Shown: piece after piece, positions 40,012-54,189 of the stretch
How the letters are laid out: each line of letters starts with the position of its first letter
Numbering within the stretch: the first letter of the stretch is position 1
Assembly (NCBI RefSeq): GCF_006345805.1
Contig: NC_042998.1
Span: 176,638,001-176,702,000 of the forward strand
Direction: 5' to 3'
DNA length: 64,000 nucleotides
Origin: Octopus sinensis
Taxonomy: Eukaryota
The notes under the pieces: model-generated
Told to the model about the DNA's origin: nothing
Database searches by the model: none
Seen by the model: only the letters and a program-made list of their open reading frames with translations
Position numbers and translations under genes: made by a program

Positions 40012-40021
<10 letters not shown>

Positions 40022-40024
<3 letters not shown>

Positions 40025-40232
40025 CAAATTTTGGCACAAGGCCAGCAATTTCGGGTGAGGGGTTAAGTCGATTACATCGACCCCAGTGCTCAGCTGGAAC
40101 TTATTTTATCGACCCACAAAAGGATGAAAGGCAAAGTGGACCTTGGCAGAATTTGAACTCAGAGCATAACAATGAGCAGAATGCTTAGTAACATTATGCC
40201 AAGCATGGTAACAATTCTGTCGGCTCACTGCC
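40022..40232 (-). mobile_element. SINE family A
   Basis: TTTGGCACAAGGCCAGC tail, GGATGAAAGGCAAAGTGGACC body and GAATTTGAACTC B box in reverse. Confidence 0.8.
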
Positions 40233-41056
40233 TTTCTATATACGTAAGTTGCATATATAACGTACATATGTATAAATATACATACACACATATATAATTA
40301 GGGAAATTTTTCTTTTTTTTTTTTTCAAATTTCTTTAAGACAATTTAAATGAAAAGTGAAATGAGAATATAAGGTAACAAGAGTAAATGAACTTTTTAGC
40401 AGAATTGCAGGGGGAAGACATTTTTTTTTCTGGCAGAAAATATATCCATACAAAACACAACCATCCAAATGTTAACACAGTAAAAAAATAGCGGTTCTCA
40501 ACAGGTGCAATGATCGCTTAAAGCTTTCAAAGAGCTACTGGAATATTGATTTCGAATAATTTCAAAAATGTGAAAGAAAAAAAAATTTGTCACAAAACTT
40601 ATGTGTATGGATGTGCATGTCTATGTATATATATGCATATATATATAAATACACACATATATACATATATATATACATATTTACACACATATATATATTT
40701 ATACACACATACGTAAACACCCACGTATATATCTACATAATGTACACAAACACAAAATTATATATTTATGCATGTATATCTATATAGAGATACACACACA
40801 CAAGTGTACATACAAACATATTTGGGCATGTGTGCGTATACATTGGTATGTGTGCACATGTTTGTGTGTATGTGTACATATAATGTATATAGATATAAAC
40901 ATACACATACATATATATTGGACAGCTTTTCAAATGAAGTTGACATATCAAAATGACATTAAGGTCATTAGTTAAGTGAAAGTTAATAACAAAGCTAGAT
41001 ATTTAATAACCAGTTTATATAATTTACAGTTTGGTTTCAGCATTTTTATATTTTTG

Positions 41057-41089
<33 letters not shown>

Positions 41090-41417
41090 GTAATAATCAT
41101 AATAATGATAATCTTTTTTAATCTTTTCCTTATTTGTTGAGAAAATAACTTAAAAAAATAAAAAAATTATGGCAAAATATAAATTTTTAAGATGAGAATA
41201 TTGAATGATATACAGAAAAATATGATCCGATAAATGGTTGGAAAATACCTATCTGTGGAAAAAGTGGCACAGCTATATAATGACGCAAAGGAAATTTGAA
41301 AATATAAATGGCAAATGTCAATTATAATATACATACATATATATTCTTATATGTATATATACATACGTATATACATGCACAAACACATATATGAATGTAT
41401 ATAAACACATAAGAATA

Positions 41418-41450
<33 letters not shown>

Positions 41451-41495
41451 GCATGTATATATAATATAGATGCATGTGTATATATAATATATATA

Positions 41496-41537
<42 letters not shown>

Positions 41538-41802
41538 CATACATATGCATACAAATATATAATATATATATATATATATTGTGTATATATCTATTATATG
41601 TATATGTATTGTAAACTACATGATCGGATGTTCAATAGATTTTGTACAGAGTTGTAAACCAAGAACCAGAACATTATAATTTAAAGTTACAGAACCTAAT
41701 GGTTTCTTTGTTTTAAAGAATGAGCAACTGAGCTGGTATTGACGCCTTACCAAAAAGGCAAAAGTAGCGAAGCAATTTTCTCACCAGGAACCAGTAAATG
41801 AA

Positions 41803-41897
41803 TTAATGTACATCACAGACTGAACTCGCTGGTGACTGTACTTCTGCTGTCTGACTCTCATCTTCAAATTGTTCAATTGCTTTTTCTTCTTTTCTTT
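41803..41897 (-). CDS. Very weak candidate terminal coding exon
   Basis: After TTTAAG the minus strand reads AA then RKEEKAIEQFEDESQTAEVQSPASSVCDVH*. The composition is protein-like, but the segment is short, the acceptor is poor and I recognise no homology. Confidence 0.12.
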
Positions 41898-42632
41898 CTT
41901 AAATGGCAGGTATTCAGGTCTCATGCTTTATAAGGAATTGGTCAGAGGAGTTGGATTGTATGTTGAGATACTGTCATGTCTTTTGTCAAGAACAAGCAGT
42001 ATCTAGGAAGTTTAATAATGGCCATCATAGTATATAAGACACATTCTGCTTGAGAGGTTGATATAACTTTACATGTCAGGAATTGAATGACCATTTGTTA
42101 AAAGTTTAAGAAATCATTATAAGCTTCAAATGTAGTTTGCTGACAACTCCAAGATTCTGCCAAACTAAATCTTTCATAATTTTTTTTCCTTCCTTTTTGT
42201 GCATCTGTTCTTTCTATTTATTTTGGTTTGAGTAAATTTCTAAGAAAATTCTTCAGAGGGATATTTTTAAAAAATTATTTGTCTCACTTCAGTGCATAAT
42301 AAAACTTATATAAACACAACACAATCATACACAGGCATATATTTGTGTTTCTATGTATGCATGTGAGTTGTTTTGTGTGATTGAATATAAAGAGTAAAAA
42401 GACAGCAATTTGGATAGGTGGGTATGTAGGAGAGTAACATCTAGTGAAATTACCAGCCACAGAGGTGCAATGTAGATAAAAAAAATGCATAACAAGGTAA
42501 ATAGTTGGGGTGCAATGTCAAATTGAAATAGGAAATTAATAAATTTAACGAGTTAGCAGAAATGAAAAATATCAGGAAACAAAACAAAGAAACAATAGAA
42601 ATATAACCAATGAACGGTTGAAACAAACACAT

Positions 42633-42689
<57 letters not shown>

Positions 42690-42970
42690 CATATATATAT
42701 ATATATATATACACATACATATATATATATATATGTACATACATATATATTTATATACATACATATATATATATATCAATGTGTATCTATTTACACAGAT
42801 TAGATTAGATGGATAATAGAATCAAAAGCTTGGATTCAAAGACCTGAGGCATTTACAATTTCATTCCCCAGGCTATGCCACATTGCATAGCTACACTCAC
42901 CAGGCCTTTATTCCTAACAAGTGTATATGTGTGAGTATGTACTTTTCAGAATAAATTAATATTACACAGA

Positions 42971-43021
<51 letters not shown>

Positions 43022-43983
43022 AGATAGTTCTAGATAGTGCATGTGTTTCTCTCATGAAGCAATGGAAATACATTCACTCAGATATGAAAGGAAAATATAC
43101 ACACACCCCTTCTACAGAATCTCCCTCATGCCCTTAACACTTTAAATATTAGACTAAAACAGAATAGAGATACACAGTAAAAGCCTTTACTGGTTTCATA
43201 TCTTAGCCATGGTCAAAAACAATTCCAGTAAGACTTATGTGTCAGTGTCTTAATTATATGGCAATACACATCTTATAGAATTTTGCCTTGTTACTATATG
43301 ATGCGTGCATGATTAAAGAACAGGCGGATCTTACACTGAAGAAATTATTTGTGTGGGTGGATATCGAATTCATGGTCTTCAGATTCCTCTTATCTAAGAT
43401 GTGATTATGAGACTGGCATGCTGCTTACTGCAACTACTGAAGCCTAAATGTCAAAGAGTACTGAATATATCACACACAGTTACTAGTAACAACAATTAAA
43501 ATGTGTGATTTGACATCACCGTCATATTTTTGTGTCTTAACATTTGACATGTCAAAAAGACGCAATGCAAACTTCAAAGCTAGGTTTTAATTGTTCACGT
43601 ACATACGCACATTCACAACCATATATGTGCGTGCGTGGTGTGTGTGTGTGTGTGTGTGTGTATGCAAATGTATGTCTACACATGTATATTCATACACTGA
43701 CAGCTGACCAAATGTAACTGCTTATAAAAGAGTATATTTTGATGGAACATATTATTGTTCAACACAAATCATTTTCTTAGTAAATCTGGAGCATGGATAA
43801 ATAAAAAAGATATATTTAGTCATTCATTCCTTTATTATTATCAATATCGCTATTATTTATTTATTTATGTTTTTTTTTTCTTAAATATTCTAGACTGCTT
43901 ATTATAGAAAACAATAATTACAAAATCAAAACTTGATATTAAATTATCAGGGAAAAAAGTAATATTATATAACAAATGCGTAT

Positions 43984-44014
<31 letters not shown>

Positions 44015-47000
44015 CTTTTGTTTCTGGAGTCATCTCCCTATCAAACTACAAGATATATATATGTATATATGTATGTATGAATATATGTATATGTACACAT
44101 ATTTCTTTCACGCTCACACACATTTTGTGTCTTAGCTGCCTATAGTTTCTTAGCTATCAGTTATTGTAGGTATCTCTATACATACATACATTTTGAGTAT
44201 ATATATTTACTTAGGAATAAGTTTAATTCTTTCGTTCGTAATAAAGTTCCTCATAAATATCAAAGATTCTACTTTTGAAGCATTGAGTTCTTTAGTTTAT
44301 CTCAACCAAGCACTTCTTTTCCAATACATACACACATACATGTAATATACATAGACATATATATATATATATGTATACATATACATATACATATATATAC
44401 ACACATATATATATATGTATACATTTACTGAACTGTGTTGTTAACTCTATTGAGCTAAAGTAACAATTTTCAGATGCTGTTTGTTGGTATTTTTCAATAA
44501 ATCATGATATCGTATACATGTGAAAATAAGAAAACAAAGATCCTTTATAGCATCTGGGGCTACATTTGGCATTTTTCTTTATAAACAGACCCATTCACAT
44601 ATTTTTTCTTATATAACATAATAAATAAGCATTTGGCTCTACAGTGATGGCAAGGCATATTATGTTTCTTCCATAATTATAAACTGAACTGATAACTATA
44701 TTTTCATTATTGTGTTTTAAAATTTTTGTCTAATGCATTTTAACAAAATACGTAAAATTTTTTAATTCATATATGTCTTTGTTTTTGTGGGGTTTTTTTT
44801 ATCTTTTTTTCTTAAATAATGCAAAAATACCAACATGCACACAATAATTTATGCGTAAAAATTTTGAAATAACATTTATAGAAACATGATATAACACTGA
44901 AAAAGCATGAAGGAAACATTGCAAGACTGAGATCAGTTTAAGATTGTAAAGAAAAATATTCACATTACACGATATATTTATTTACATCATAGATGTTTGG
45001 GGAAGCATACTTGGTTGTTGAGGTATTCAAAAAAAAAAACAAAAAAACTTCAGTCTCTTCTTGTTTTTTTAATATTTATATTTTTGTTTTGCTATAAATA
45101 TAGAAATAATGAGTGCATATGTAACATAGTGCATAGCCACACACACGAAGCTTTTCCATCAGCATTCCAAGAGTAATCTGGGTTTTACTTATAATCTTAA
45201 GAAGCATTGCACATTGGATAACATTTTGACAACACAATATAGCAACGAATGATGCATTAGATATGAATGAGTAATAATATAGAAAAATATCTCTGCTGGA
45301 AATATCTCCATTCTGTAGGCCCCTATTTTATTTGAATAGATCACCTTATTACATAGTAATGTACAATTGCTGTATATCTTCTTCATGACAAATATGGTTT
45401 CAAAAACTCTACTCTAGTAATGATCAAGATAAACAAATAGTAACAGATTAAATAGAAATTTTTTTTTGTTTGTTTTGCTTTTTTAAGGGCATATATTCTA
45501 TGTCTACATGACATGGTGCTGGATTATTTGACAAAGAGACTCGTATCCTATTGGCTGTTGTCATATTGTTGTGTCCCTGGCAAAAATACCTTAATTTTTG
45601 CAGGTTCACATCAACTCTCCATAGATTTCCTGATGATCAATTATAGTATATTGCTACTTGTAAGCAGCAGCACTACGCTTGACAAATTCTTGTTTTGTGT
45701 GCTCTTTTTTCAGTTTGTAAAATTTAAGCCCCTACCCCCATACTCTATGGGTTACAGGAGAGGTAGACATCTAGTAGTAATATCATCTAAGAGGTAGTTT
45801 TACCAAGACCATACTCCTATCTTACAGAAACATCCAGTATCCATGACTACTGTTACTACTACTACTACAACTACTACTACTACTGATATATCATTGTATA
45901 TTTTACAACATACTCATTTAACTAAATCTAGAAAGAACGGCACTGTTGAAAAGCAATGGAGAGAAATGCCATTCATCTAACAATTACTTTGATTCGCAAA
46001 TCTGTCACATTCCTTTTAAAAAATCACTCACTCATCCCTAAATCACATCACATTCAGTTCTCACACACCCAACAACCACTGCACCACCACCCTCAAACCC
46101 CATAGCATTCTTGATTTTCACAATTTCTTCACTTTTGAAAAGAGATCGAAGTGAATTAACAGAACTGCAATAAGCAATATTTAACCTGCCTACAAATATA
46201 TTAAATAACAATATTTTTTTAAAAAAATGTTTTCATCAATATATACACACACATGTAAAATATACATAGAATGGGTGGAATGAGAGTTGATATGAAGAGA
46301 TTTGAACACCCCAGCCATACACCCTAACTCTGCCCCCCCCCCTCATAAAAAAAAGAAGTGGGGGGGAAAATGAAATCGTGAAGAGAAAATGAACTAGATT
46401 TAATTTCAATATTTTTAAACACACACACACATGCTGACAGAAAGATCTACGTACACTAAGTACTTCATAGTGTACATTGATTTACTGTAAAACATTTCAT
46501 TCTGCCGTCATCCTCCACCTTTCCATACTGTAACCTATACAATTTCCTGAGGAGAAAATTACACATTTTTAATTAAATTTTGTGTATTTTATCAAGAATT
46601 AGGTCATGTTGAATACACTGGAATAACTGAATGAACTAAATATCAACAGCACATTATGAGGTCCAGGATTTAAGAAATGGCTCAGGAACTATCTTTGTTT
46701 ATAAAATAATACAGACTCTCTTATAATCTATGAAGAATCTGGACAGAGAAAGAAGAGAGACAGATATATGCAGAAAATAAGGTTTGAATAATTACAAGGG
46801 TTCATCAAGTAAATGAAGAGCCAAAGTGTAAATACATTGTTATTCTGTTTATGAAAAGACCTAACAATACAATATGAGGCAAAGGTTCCAATACTACAGT
46901 GTAGGGAACCATATTCCAAATGGAATACAAATCACTCTTCCAGACTTGCTTGAGACACAGTCCTCATGACCAAGTTCTCACCACAAGTTTCAAAGTTCAA

Positions 47001-47149
47001 GTCAATTTGAGTTGAAGCCATTTCTACAGCTTTGGTTCACCATCTTCATCCTTCAGCATGATTGATCAACCAATCCCAACCAGTCAAGATTTGCAGTATG
47101 ACCGACTTCCACCTCAACCCTGATGTTTAATTTGATTGTACTATTCATC

Positions 47150-47362
47150 TTTTCGATCAGTGGATACAAAACATACCTTGAGAGACCTCCATTTGGGTGA
47201 CTTTCCTTCAGTCCCCAATATTAGTCATCTGTGCAAGCTAAATGAACTAGAATAATGTGAAATGAAGTGTTTTGCTCAAGAGAACAATGCATCTCCTGGT
47301 CTAGGAATTGAAACCACAACTTTACAATCCTGAGTCCAACACCATAACCAACTATGCCAGGC
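47150..47362 (-). mobile_element. Decayed tRNA-derived SINE (same family as 434-560)
   Basis: Minus strand TGGCATAGTTGGTTATGG..GGTTTCAATTCC..TGTTCTCTTGAGCAAAACAC. Confidence 0.55.
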
Positions 47363-49049
47363 ACCTTCAAATTGCAGTACTGAACTCATCAGAGCAGCAA
47401 CAACCTAAACATTTAGGTTGGATGCCATGTTGAGCTTGTTTTTTTGTAAGAGGAAAGGCACATTGTCTATCAGCTTTTGTTTGATTGACTATGAACCGAC
47501 CAATCAGATCATTTGTGGAGTAGTATTCTAGTCCAGAGAGAAATGTATCTTTCATCTTTCTGTTTAAAGTTCCAATAACCAGAGATAAGCACAAAATTTG
47601 TGATAAGTCCTATGGTGCTTTGTTGCTTATAACTAGTCAAGTTTTCTAGTGCCTTTGGAGGAATAATTAATGAACACTATATTGGCTAGAAGTAGAAAAT
47701 ATAACTTGGACACACAGTTGTACAAATGTCCATAAGTGCAATAAATAGAGAGAGAGAGATGTTATAGTATAAAATATACTGGTCTAATTTAAGTATAACT
47801 AGCATATTTTTTTTATTAATCCTTGGATAGATAAAGTTGACCCTGGAAAAGATTTGGACATAGAGCTAAGAACAAGCCTTAATGGGTCAATGTTTAGCTA
47901 TTTCAGTTATGTTCACTACCCAATGCTTTGGAAATAGGAATAACAATTTCTATAGAAATCCTCTCTTCCAACATTTCAGACTAGGAAGAACAATAAATAT
48001 AAAAGAGAAAAAGTTCCATGCAAATGGATGTCAAATTCCAACAAACACAAAATATATTAACTCAACAACAAGCACATACAGTACACCAAAACATATTTCC
48101 TGCACAACATAAATATGTATTTAATAGAATCTTGTGGATTCCATGCTGAGCATTTAATGTTAAAAAGAGAAAATATCCCAACCCAATTAGTGAGCCCTAA
48201 TATTTGAAAATGACCCCAAGTAAAAAAAAAGTGTGTGTGTGTGTTGGGGGGGGGGGCAGTGTTATAAGAGATGAGATCGATGATTTGAAGAGGAAAAAAA
48301 CCTAATAACTTAAAACAATGATAATAATTTAATCACCACTTGAGTAACAAAAAAAGAACTTAACTGAGACAGTTTGAGCACATTCCGGGTGGTCTCATGT
48401 ACCTAACAGATACAGAAAATCACTCACATTTTTATGGTTCTAATGAAGTTCCTTGTGAAGCAAAGCTCGGGTTAGTTTGACCGAAAAGTCATGAAATGTG
48501 AACAATAGCAGCAGCGATGATATATGGTAAGAAGAGACTAAATTATTGAACACTTGATATAAATAATATTGGGGATAAATACAATTAGAAGCAATCCCTC
48601 CTTCAAAGACACTACAAAATGAAAATCAAAATAGGTGTGAAGTTCTCTTTGGCAAAATGGTTTAAAGTTCTCCCCACATACAAACCCACTTCAAATAATT
48701 AAATAAGTTGTCCACCTCTCATGTATCAGAATTTTCCCATTATATATCCAGAGTCGATACTTAAATATTCACATCTCACAAAACAAAAACCTAGACCAAA
48801 ATGTCCTTCTCCATTCACCACTGCTACACAAATTTGGCAGTTAATCCTTAGAATCCCACAGAATTCTTTGAATTCGTGATTTTTTTTTTTTTTTGCATAT
48901 TAAAATCAGAGACATTTTTTTTCCCACTCATTCTGTTTCAAGAACATGAGTACCTACATAACAAATGATAATTATAGTCAATATAGTTAAATAATTAATA
49001 TGGTTTCTTAGTTTAAGCTCAAAACTAATATTTATAGGGAAACAGGGCA

Positions 49050-49950
49050 ACCATTTGAGTCAGTCCCCAGCAACTAAATGGCACTCGTTTTATTAGCATT
49101 CAATGGTATTCAAAGGTAAAATTGACCTTGGCAAGATCTGGATTCAGAAAGTAGATAGAGAAGAGTTAATACTATAATGCATGCAGTCCAATATTTTATC
49201 AGTTTGCTTAGTCTTGTAAAAGTAATAACGATTTCTAGCAGTAGCACAAGGCCACAAATGTAAAGGGGCAAATAACTCTCAACAAACTAAAAAACATCAC
49301 AAAGTATTTTGTCTGGTGCTCAACAGATTCTACCATCCAAACCCTAATAATTTCTAATTTAGGCACAAGGCCAGCAATTTTAGTCAATATTAATCCCAGT
49401 ACTGGACTGGTATTATTTTATTTTCATTTTATAAATTCAGAATGTAAAGAGCCAGAACAAATATTGAAAAGCGGTTTACTTTTCTGATACCCCAATGACT
49501 CTACCAATCCACTACCCTAGTAACAATCCTTCCTATTATAGGCACAAGGCCTAGAGTTTTGAGGAGAGGCTTGTCAATTACATCAACCACAGCTCTAAAC
49601 TAGTATTTATTTTCTTGACCCTAAAAGGACAAAAGGTAAGTTGATGTCAGCAGTATTTAAACTTAGAACGTAAGCTGGAAGAAATGCCGCTAAGCATTGT
49701 GTCAGGTGTACTAGTGATTCTACCAGCCTGCCACCTTCATACCCTAATAATAATTACAATTATACTTCTTGATATAGGCTCAAGGCCAACAATTTTTAGA
49801 GGTGGGAGTCAGTCAATTCCATTAGGCCCAATATTTGACCAGTACATTATTTCATTGATTCTAGAAGGATGAAAAGTAAAGATGATTTCGGCAGGATTTG
49901 AACTCGAAATGTAAAGAGCAAGAAGAAATATGGCAAAGTTTTCTTTCTGA
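49050..49950 (-). mobile_element. Cluster of at least 4 decayed SINE family A copies
   Basis: CACAAGGCC tails at about 49225, 49365 and 49545, GCTCAAGGCC at about 49780, and reverse B boxes (ATTTGAACTC). Confidence 0.65.
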
Positions 49951-50695
49951 AGCTCTAATAATTCTTCCAGCACATTAATAATTAATAATAAAATCAGTTA
50001 CAGAAACCTCATGATATATTTTCAATGAAGAAAATTTTTCAAATCATAGAGGTTGGGGAAGGAAGAAGACTTGAGTTTTCTTGGTTCATGAAAGCAATGT
50101 AGAAATTGCAGAATTTATGTAAGATTCTCATTTTTCAATAAAAGAAAAAAAAAAAAGAGAAACAAAAAAAAATCACAACAAAAAACAAGCTTTCCTATTA
50201 TTAAACCAAATACAACATAAGAAACAAAGTATTTTTTAATTTTTTAAACATGTTTGTTTTATTTTTTTTTCTATTTATTTTCTTAAAAATAGGCAAGAAT
50301 ATAATAAAAAGATGCTATCACAATTTTTATAACCAATAAAATCATTCATTCGTACTTTAAAAAAAAAACAAAAACATATAAAAAACATAAAATATAAAAT
50401 AAAAATACAATTTGTCTTAGTCAGGAGGCCACCCACCCTCACCCAAAGCCTACCCTAGCACACTAGTATGAGAAGAGAATGGAAGGAGGGAATGATGGGT
50501 GGGGTGGGGGTGAAGAGTTAACTGTATCAATGGTGGGGCACTATTGTTAGTTGATTTTATTGATACTGGGGGGTGGGGGGTGGAGAAAGGGTTATATTTA
50601 AAATTTGGAACCTTAAAGAGAGAAGAAATAAAATACCATTGATAGACATTTTATTTAGTCCCTCTTGTAATTCTGCTAATAGGCTGTCCCTTATG

Positions 50696-50736
<41 letters not shown>

Positions 50737-50754
50737 GGTAACAATAATTTCTAA

Positions 50755-52060
50755 CAGAGGCAAGTCCAAAAGTTTAGGGGAGGGGAACAGCAGATTAAAC
50801 TGATCCCTTGAATGATAAAAGGCAAAGTCGACCTCTGTGGTATTTGTTCTCAGAATGTAAAGGGGATACAACAAAAATACTGCAAGGCATTTTGGTCATC
50901 TATGTCTACTAAGATGATATTTTTAATGAAATTAACTGAAATGTATTTAAATGAATTTTGCACATTCCAAATCAAAATGTGTACAGAAAGTTAAAAAAAA
51001 AAAACTCAATTTTTCTTTTTTAAAAGTGAATTGCATATTATAAAATAACAGATTTTAAAGAAGTAGATATAGCAAGCATGATGAAAATAAAGGTGATGAT
51101 GATGATGATGATTGATGGTGCTTCTAGTAATCCTGAATCATATCAATCAGCAGGGGTGGTAGGACAGCTCAGTAAAGCCTCATTTAAAAAAAAAAATTTT
51201 TAATCAATGAAGTACTTCACCCAAATAAATTAGGAACCAATTAACATGTGTGCCCCCCACCACAAATTCATCCTGACGCGTAATCAACATAGCTCCGGAA
51301 AAAATATTGTTACTAAGCACTACAGTATATATTATATTTGCTCCATATGTATTAACAATAATGATAACTGTTTCAAAGGCCAGAATTTTCACAGAGAGGG
51401 TCAGTTGATTGAATGGACCCCAGTATTTTATTAACCAAGGAGGGATGAAAAGGCAAAAATTGACCTTAACAAAATTTGAACTTAGAATGTAAAGAACCGT
51501 AACAAATACTATAGGATATTTTGTTTGTGCTGGTATAAGACCATGCAATTTGTATAAGAGTGAGGTAAAGCTAATGAAATCAACCCCAATACTTTACTGG
51601 TACTTATTGATGAGACACAAGGCCAATTCTGTAAGAGCAAAGGAGCAGTTGACAAAATTTTCTTTAGTATATTTACTGGGCACTAGAAGGCTGTAAGGCA
51701 AAGCTGACCCAGGTAGGACTTCAACTTTCAAACAGAGAGGGTTACAAACTAAATACTGGAATGGGTTTAGTTGTGCTAAACCATTACACACACACACACA
51801 GAGGAAGCTTGAGATATCAAGTAAATGGGAGAGGACAAGGTTGTAACATGATTCCAAGTGTGATCTGAAACTAAGTCAGTTCACTGAGAACTGATAGAAG
51901 AACTTAAGCATCTGCTTCAATGACAATAATACCAGTGATTTCTAATATTGTCACAAGGCCATGAATTCTAAGGGAAGAGGCATGTCGTTTCTTTAATCAA
52001 CCCAGTAACTAATAACTTATTTTTATCATTAAAGGTTAAAGTCAACTCATGCAGGATATC
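50755..52060 (-). mobile_element. Further decayed SINE family A copies
   Basis: AAAGGCAAAGTCGACC (50818), GGATGAAAAGGCAAAAATTGACC (about 51442), CACAAGGCC (about 51617 and 51952) and AAAGTCAACTC (52038). Confidence 0.55.
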
Positions 52061-52943
52061 AAAAAAAAAAAAAAAACCCTCCCAAAAAAACAAAAAAAAT
52101 GTGGCAGTGGCAATGATGGTGGCGGTGATAGTGGCAGTAGTGATGGTGATGATGATGATAATGATACTGATAATTTACTATAAAACAAAAATAGGTCCAA
52201 TTTGATACCACAATAGAAGAATCAACTCAGGATATTTTTGATAAATTAACAATGGCAGAGAAAGAAAAATAATGATAATAATAATGACAAACAAATAAAA
52301 ATTAAAAAAAAAAAACGATACTCAGAAACAAGTACAAAAATGTAAAAAAGGAAAAGCAAATGGAAGCAAAAATGAGAACATGAATGTAGATTATTTAAAC
52401 AGATGACGTTTCAGTCTCTAAGGCCAGATTTATAAGTAAGTTAGTGTTGATTAAAAGTAACAGCTTCATATAACTGTTATAACTATTGGTTCATAGAAGC
52501 ATGGACTATATTCACTTGATGTGTTTGTTAAACCCAGGTCAATGCTGAGCAGGCATTTAAGAACACACTATCACTATATATGTATATATACTCCTTTTTT
52601 TCAAAGATGTGATTTAAGGGAAATTTGGTTGCTACTTCGAGCAGGTTAAGTGAAGGATCTTCAACTTTTGGATTCAATTGCTTTTGGGTAAGAAACGTGA
52701 AGAAGAGGGATGAGCAACACACACACATACACACACGAATGTTGTATAATGGCAGTATGTTAGATGTTCCTGACCAATCTGTAAGTAATAGAAATCAAAA
52801 CGGTGTGGCAACAGAGCATGAAAATACTTTCCTTAATAAGATTAGTTAGCTTGGTTCCCAAGAATATATACCAAATCTGTTTGGCATTGTTGTCTAGAGA
52901 ATGAAGAATCATCTTTCTTATGCTCAACACCAAGGAAACTTCA

Positions 52944-52979
<36 letters not shown>

Positions 52980-54156
52980 GGCAAAAGTGTAAACTCTTTG
53001 GTAAAATATCAAATCTTGCTCCTTTTGCTTGGGAAAAGCAGTATTTCTTCCTGGCATGTAATTCTGTTACTCAGATCAATTTAGAATTTAACCAAATGAA
53101 TATGTTGCATCTATTGAACTATCAATATTAATTAAGATATTTCATGATAACTGTTAAGCTTAGATAGGGTTGATGAAATAATATATTTCGTTTATATTAA
53201 TTTACACACCTTTATACTAATTCAGCTACAGCGGACACATGAGGGAAAACAATAGCTCTGTGTATGTGCATGAGAGATAGTTACAAGTATCAACATCTTA
53301 AACCAGTTTCCAAAATTAATGCCTCTCTAGGCATCACTTCCATCAATTGGGGAAAACAATGGAATTTCCCAGCTGGAAACCCTTCCAATCACTGAAATAT
53401 AATAGTGGGCGGGAAGTTGGAATTAATTCCATGGTTTGACCATCTGACCTTTTATCAGTCCTACAGTTACTTTAACTGTTGTATGCTCAGCTCATGCAGT
53501 GCAACAGCTATAAGAGGACTAAATACTGATGTAGACAAAATGTCATCTAGATTGAAAAATATGTCTGTGTAGGTGGAGATAAGAGAATAAGAATAATAGA
53601 AGAAACTAAATATACTATACAATAAACATTTGTTTTTTTATCTTACAAGACACATGGGCAACATACTGAAAAATGATAATAGTAAAGAAATATATTTTAT
53701 ATAAAAAAATAATAAAAAATACAATTTGACAGATTTATATACTAAATAACAATATTAAAATTAGTATAAGTATCAGCCTGAAGATTATTTAATATACACA
53801 CACACATACATACACATATATATACGTACACACACACATGGGTATGTGAATATGTATACAGATGTCCAAATGATGGAAGCTGGGAAATAAGTAGTCATGA
53901 TAGTGACAATAGATAAAATGTGAATAAAGAAGTTGATTTTAACAATAACAGAAAAAAGAAAAACAACAACAACAGCAACAACAGCAGCAGTAGCCTTAAT
54001 ATATATATTTATATATTATTATTATTATTATAAGCATGATGAATGATACTGACAGAAAACATTATCAATATATATATATATATATATGTATACATACATA
54101 CACATATATATATATAGATATATATACATACACACACACACACATTTATACATAAT

Positions 54157-54189
<33 letters not shown>

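Noticed and set aside
45604-45659. Plus-strand AG...GT-bounded 56-nt exon-like segment
   Set aside because: Two of three frames are closed, no homology, and no partner exons on that strand.
47367-47594. 75-aa minus ORF ending CLGCCCSDEFSTAI
   Set aside because: No recognisable family; length compatible with chance.
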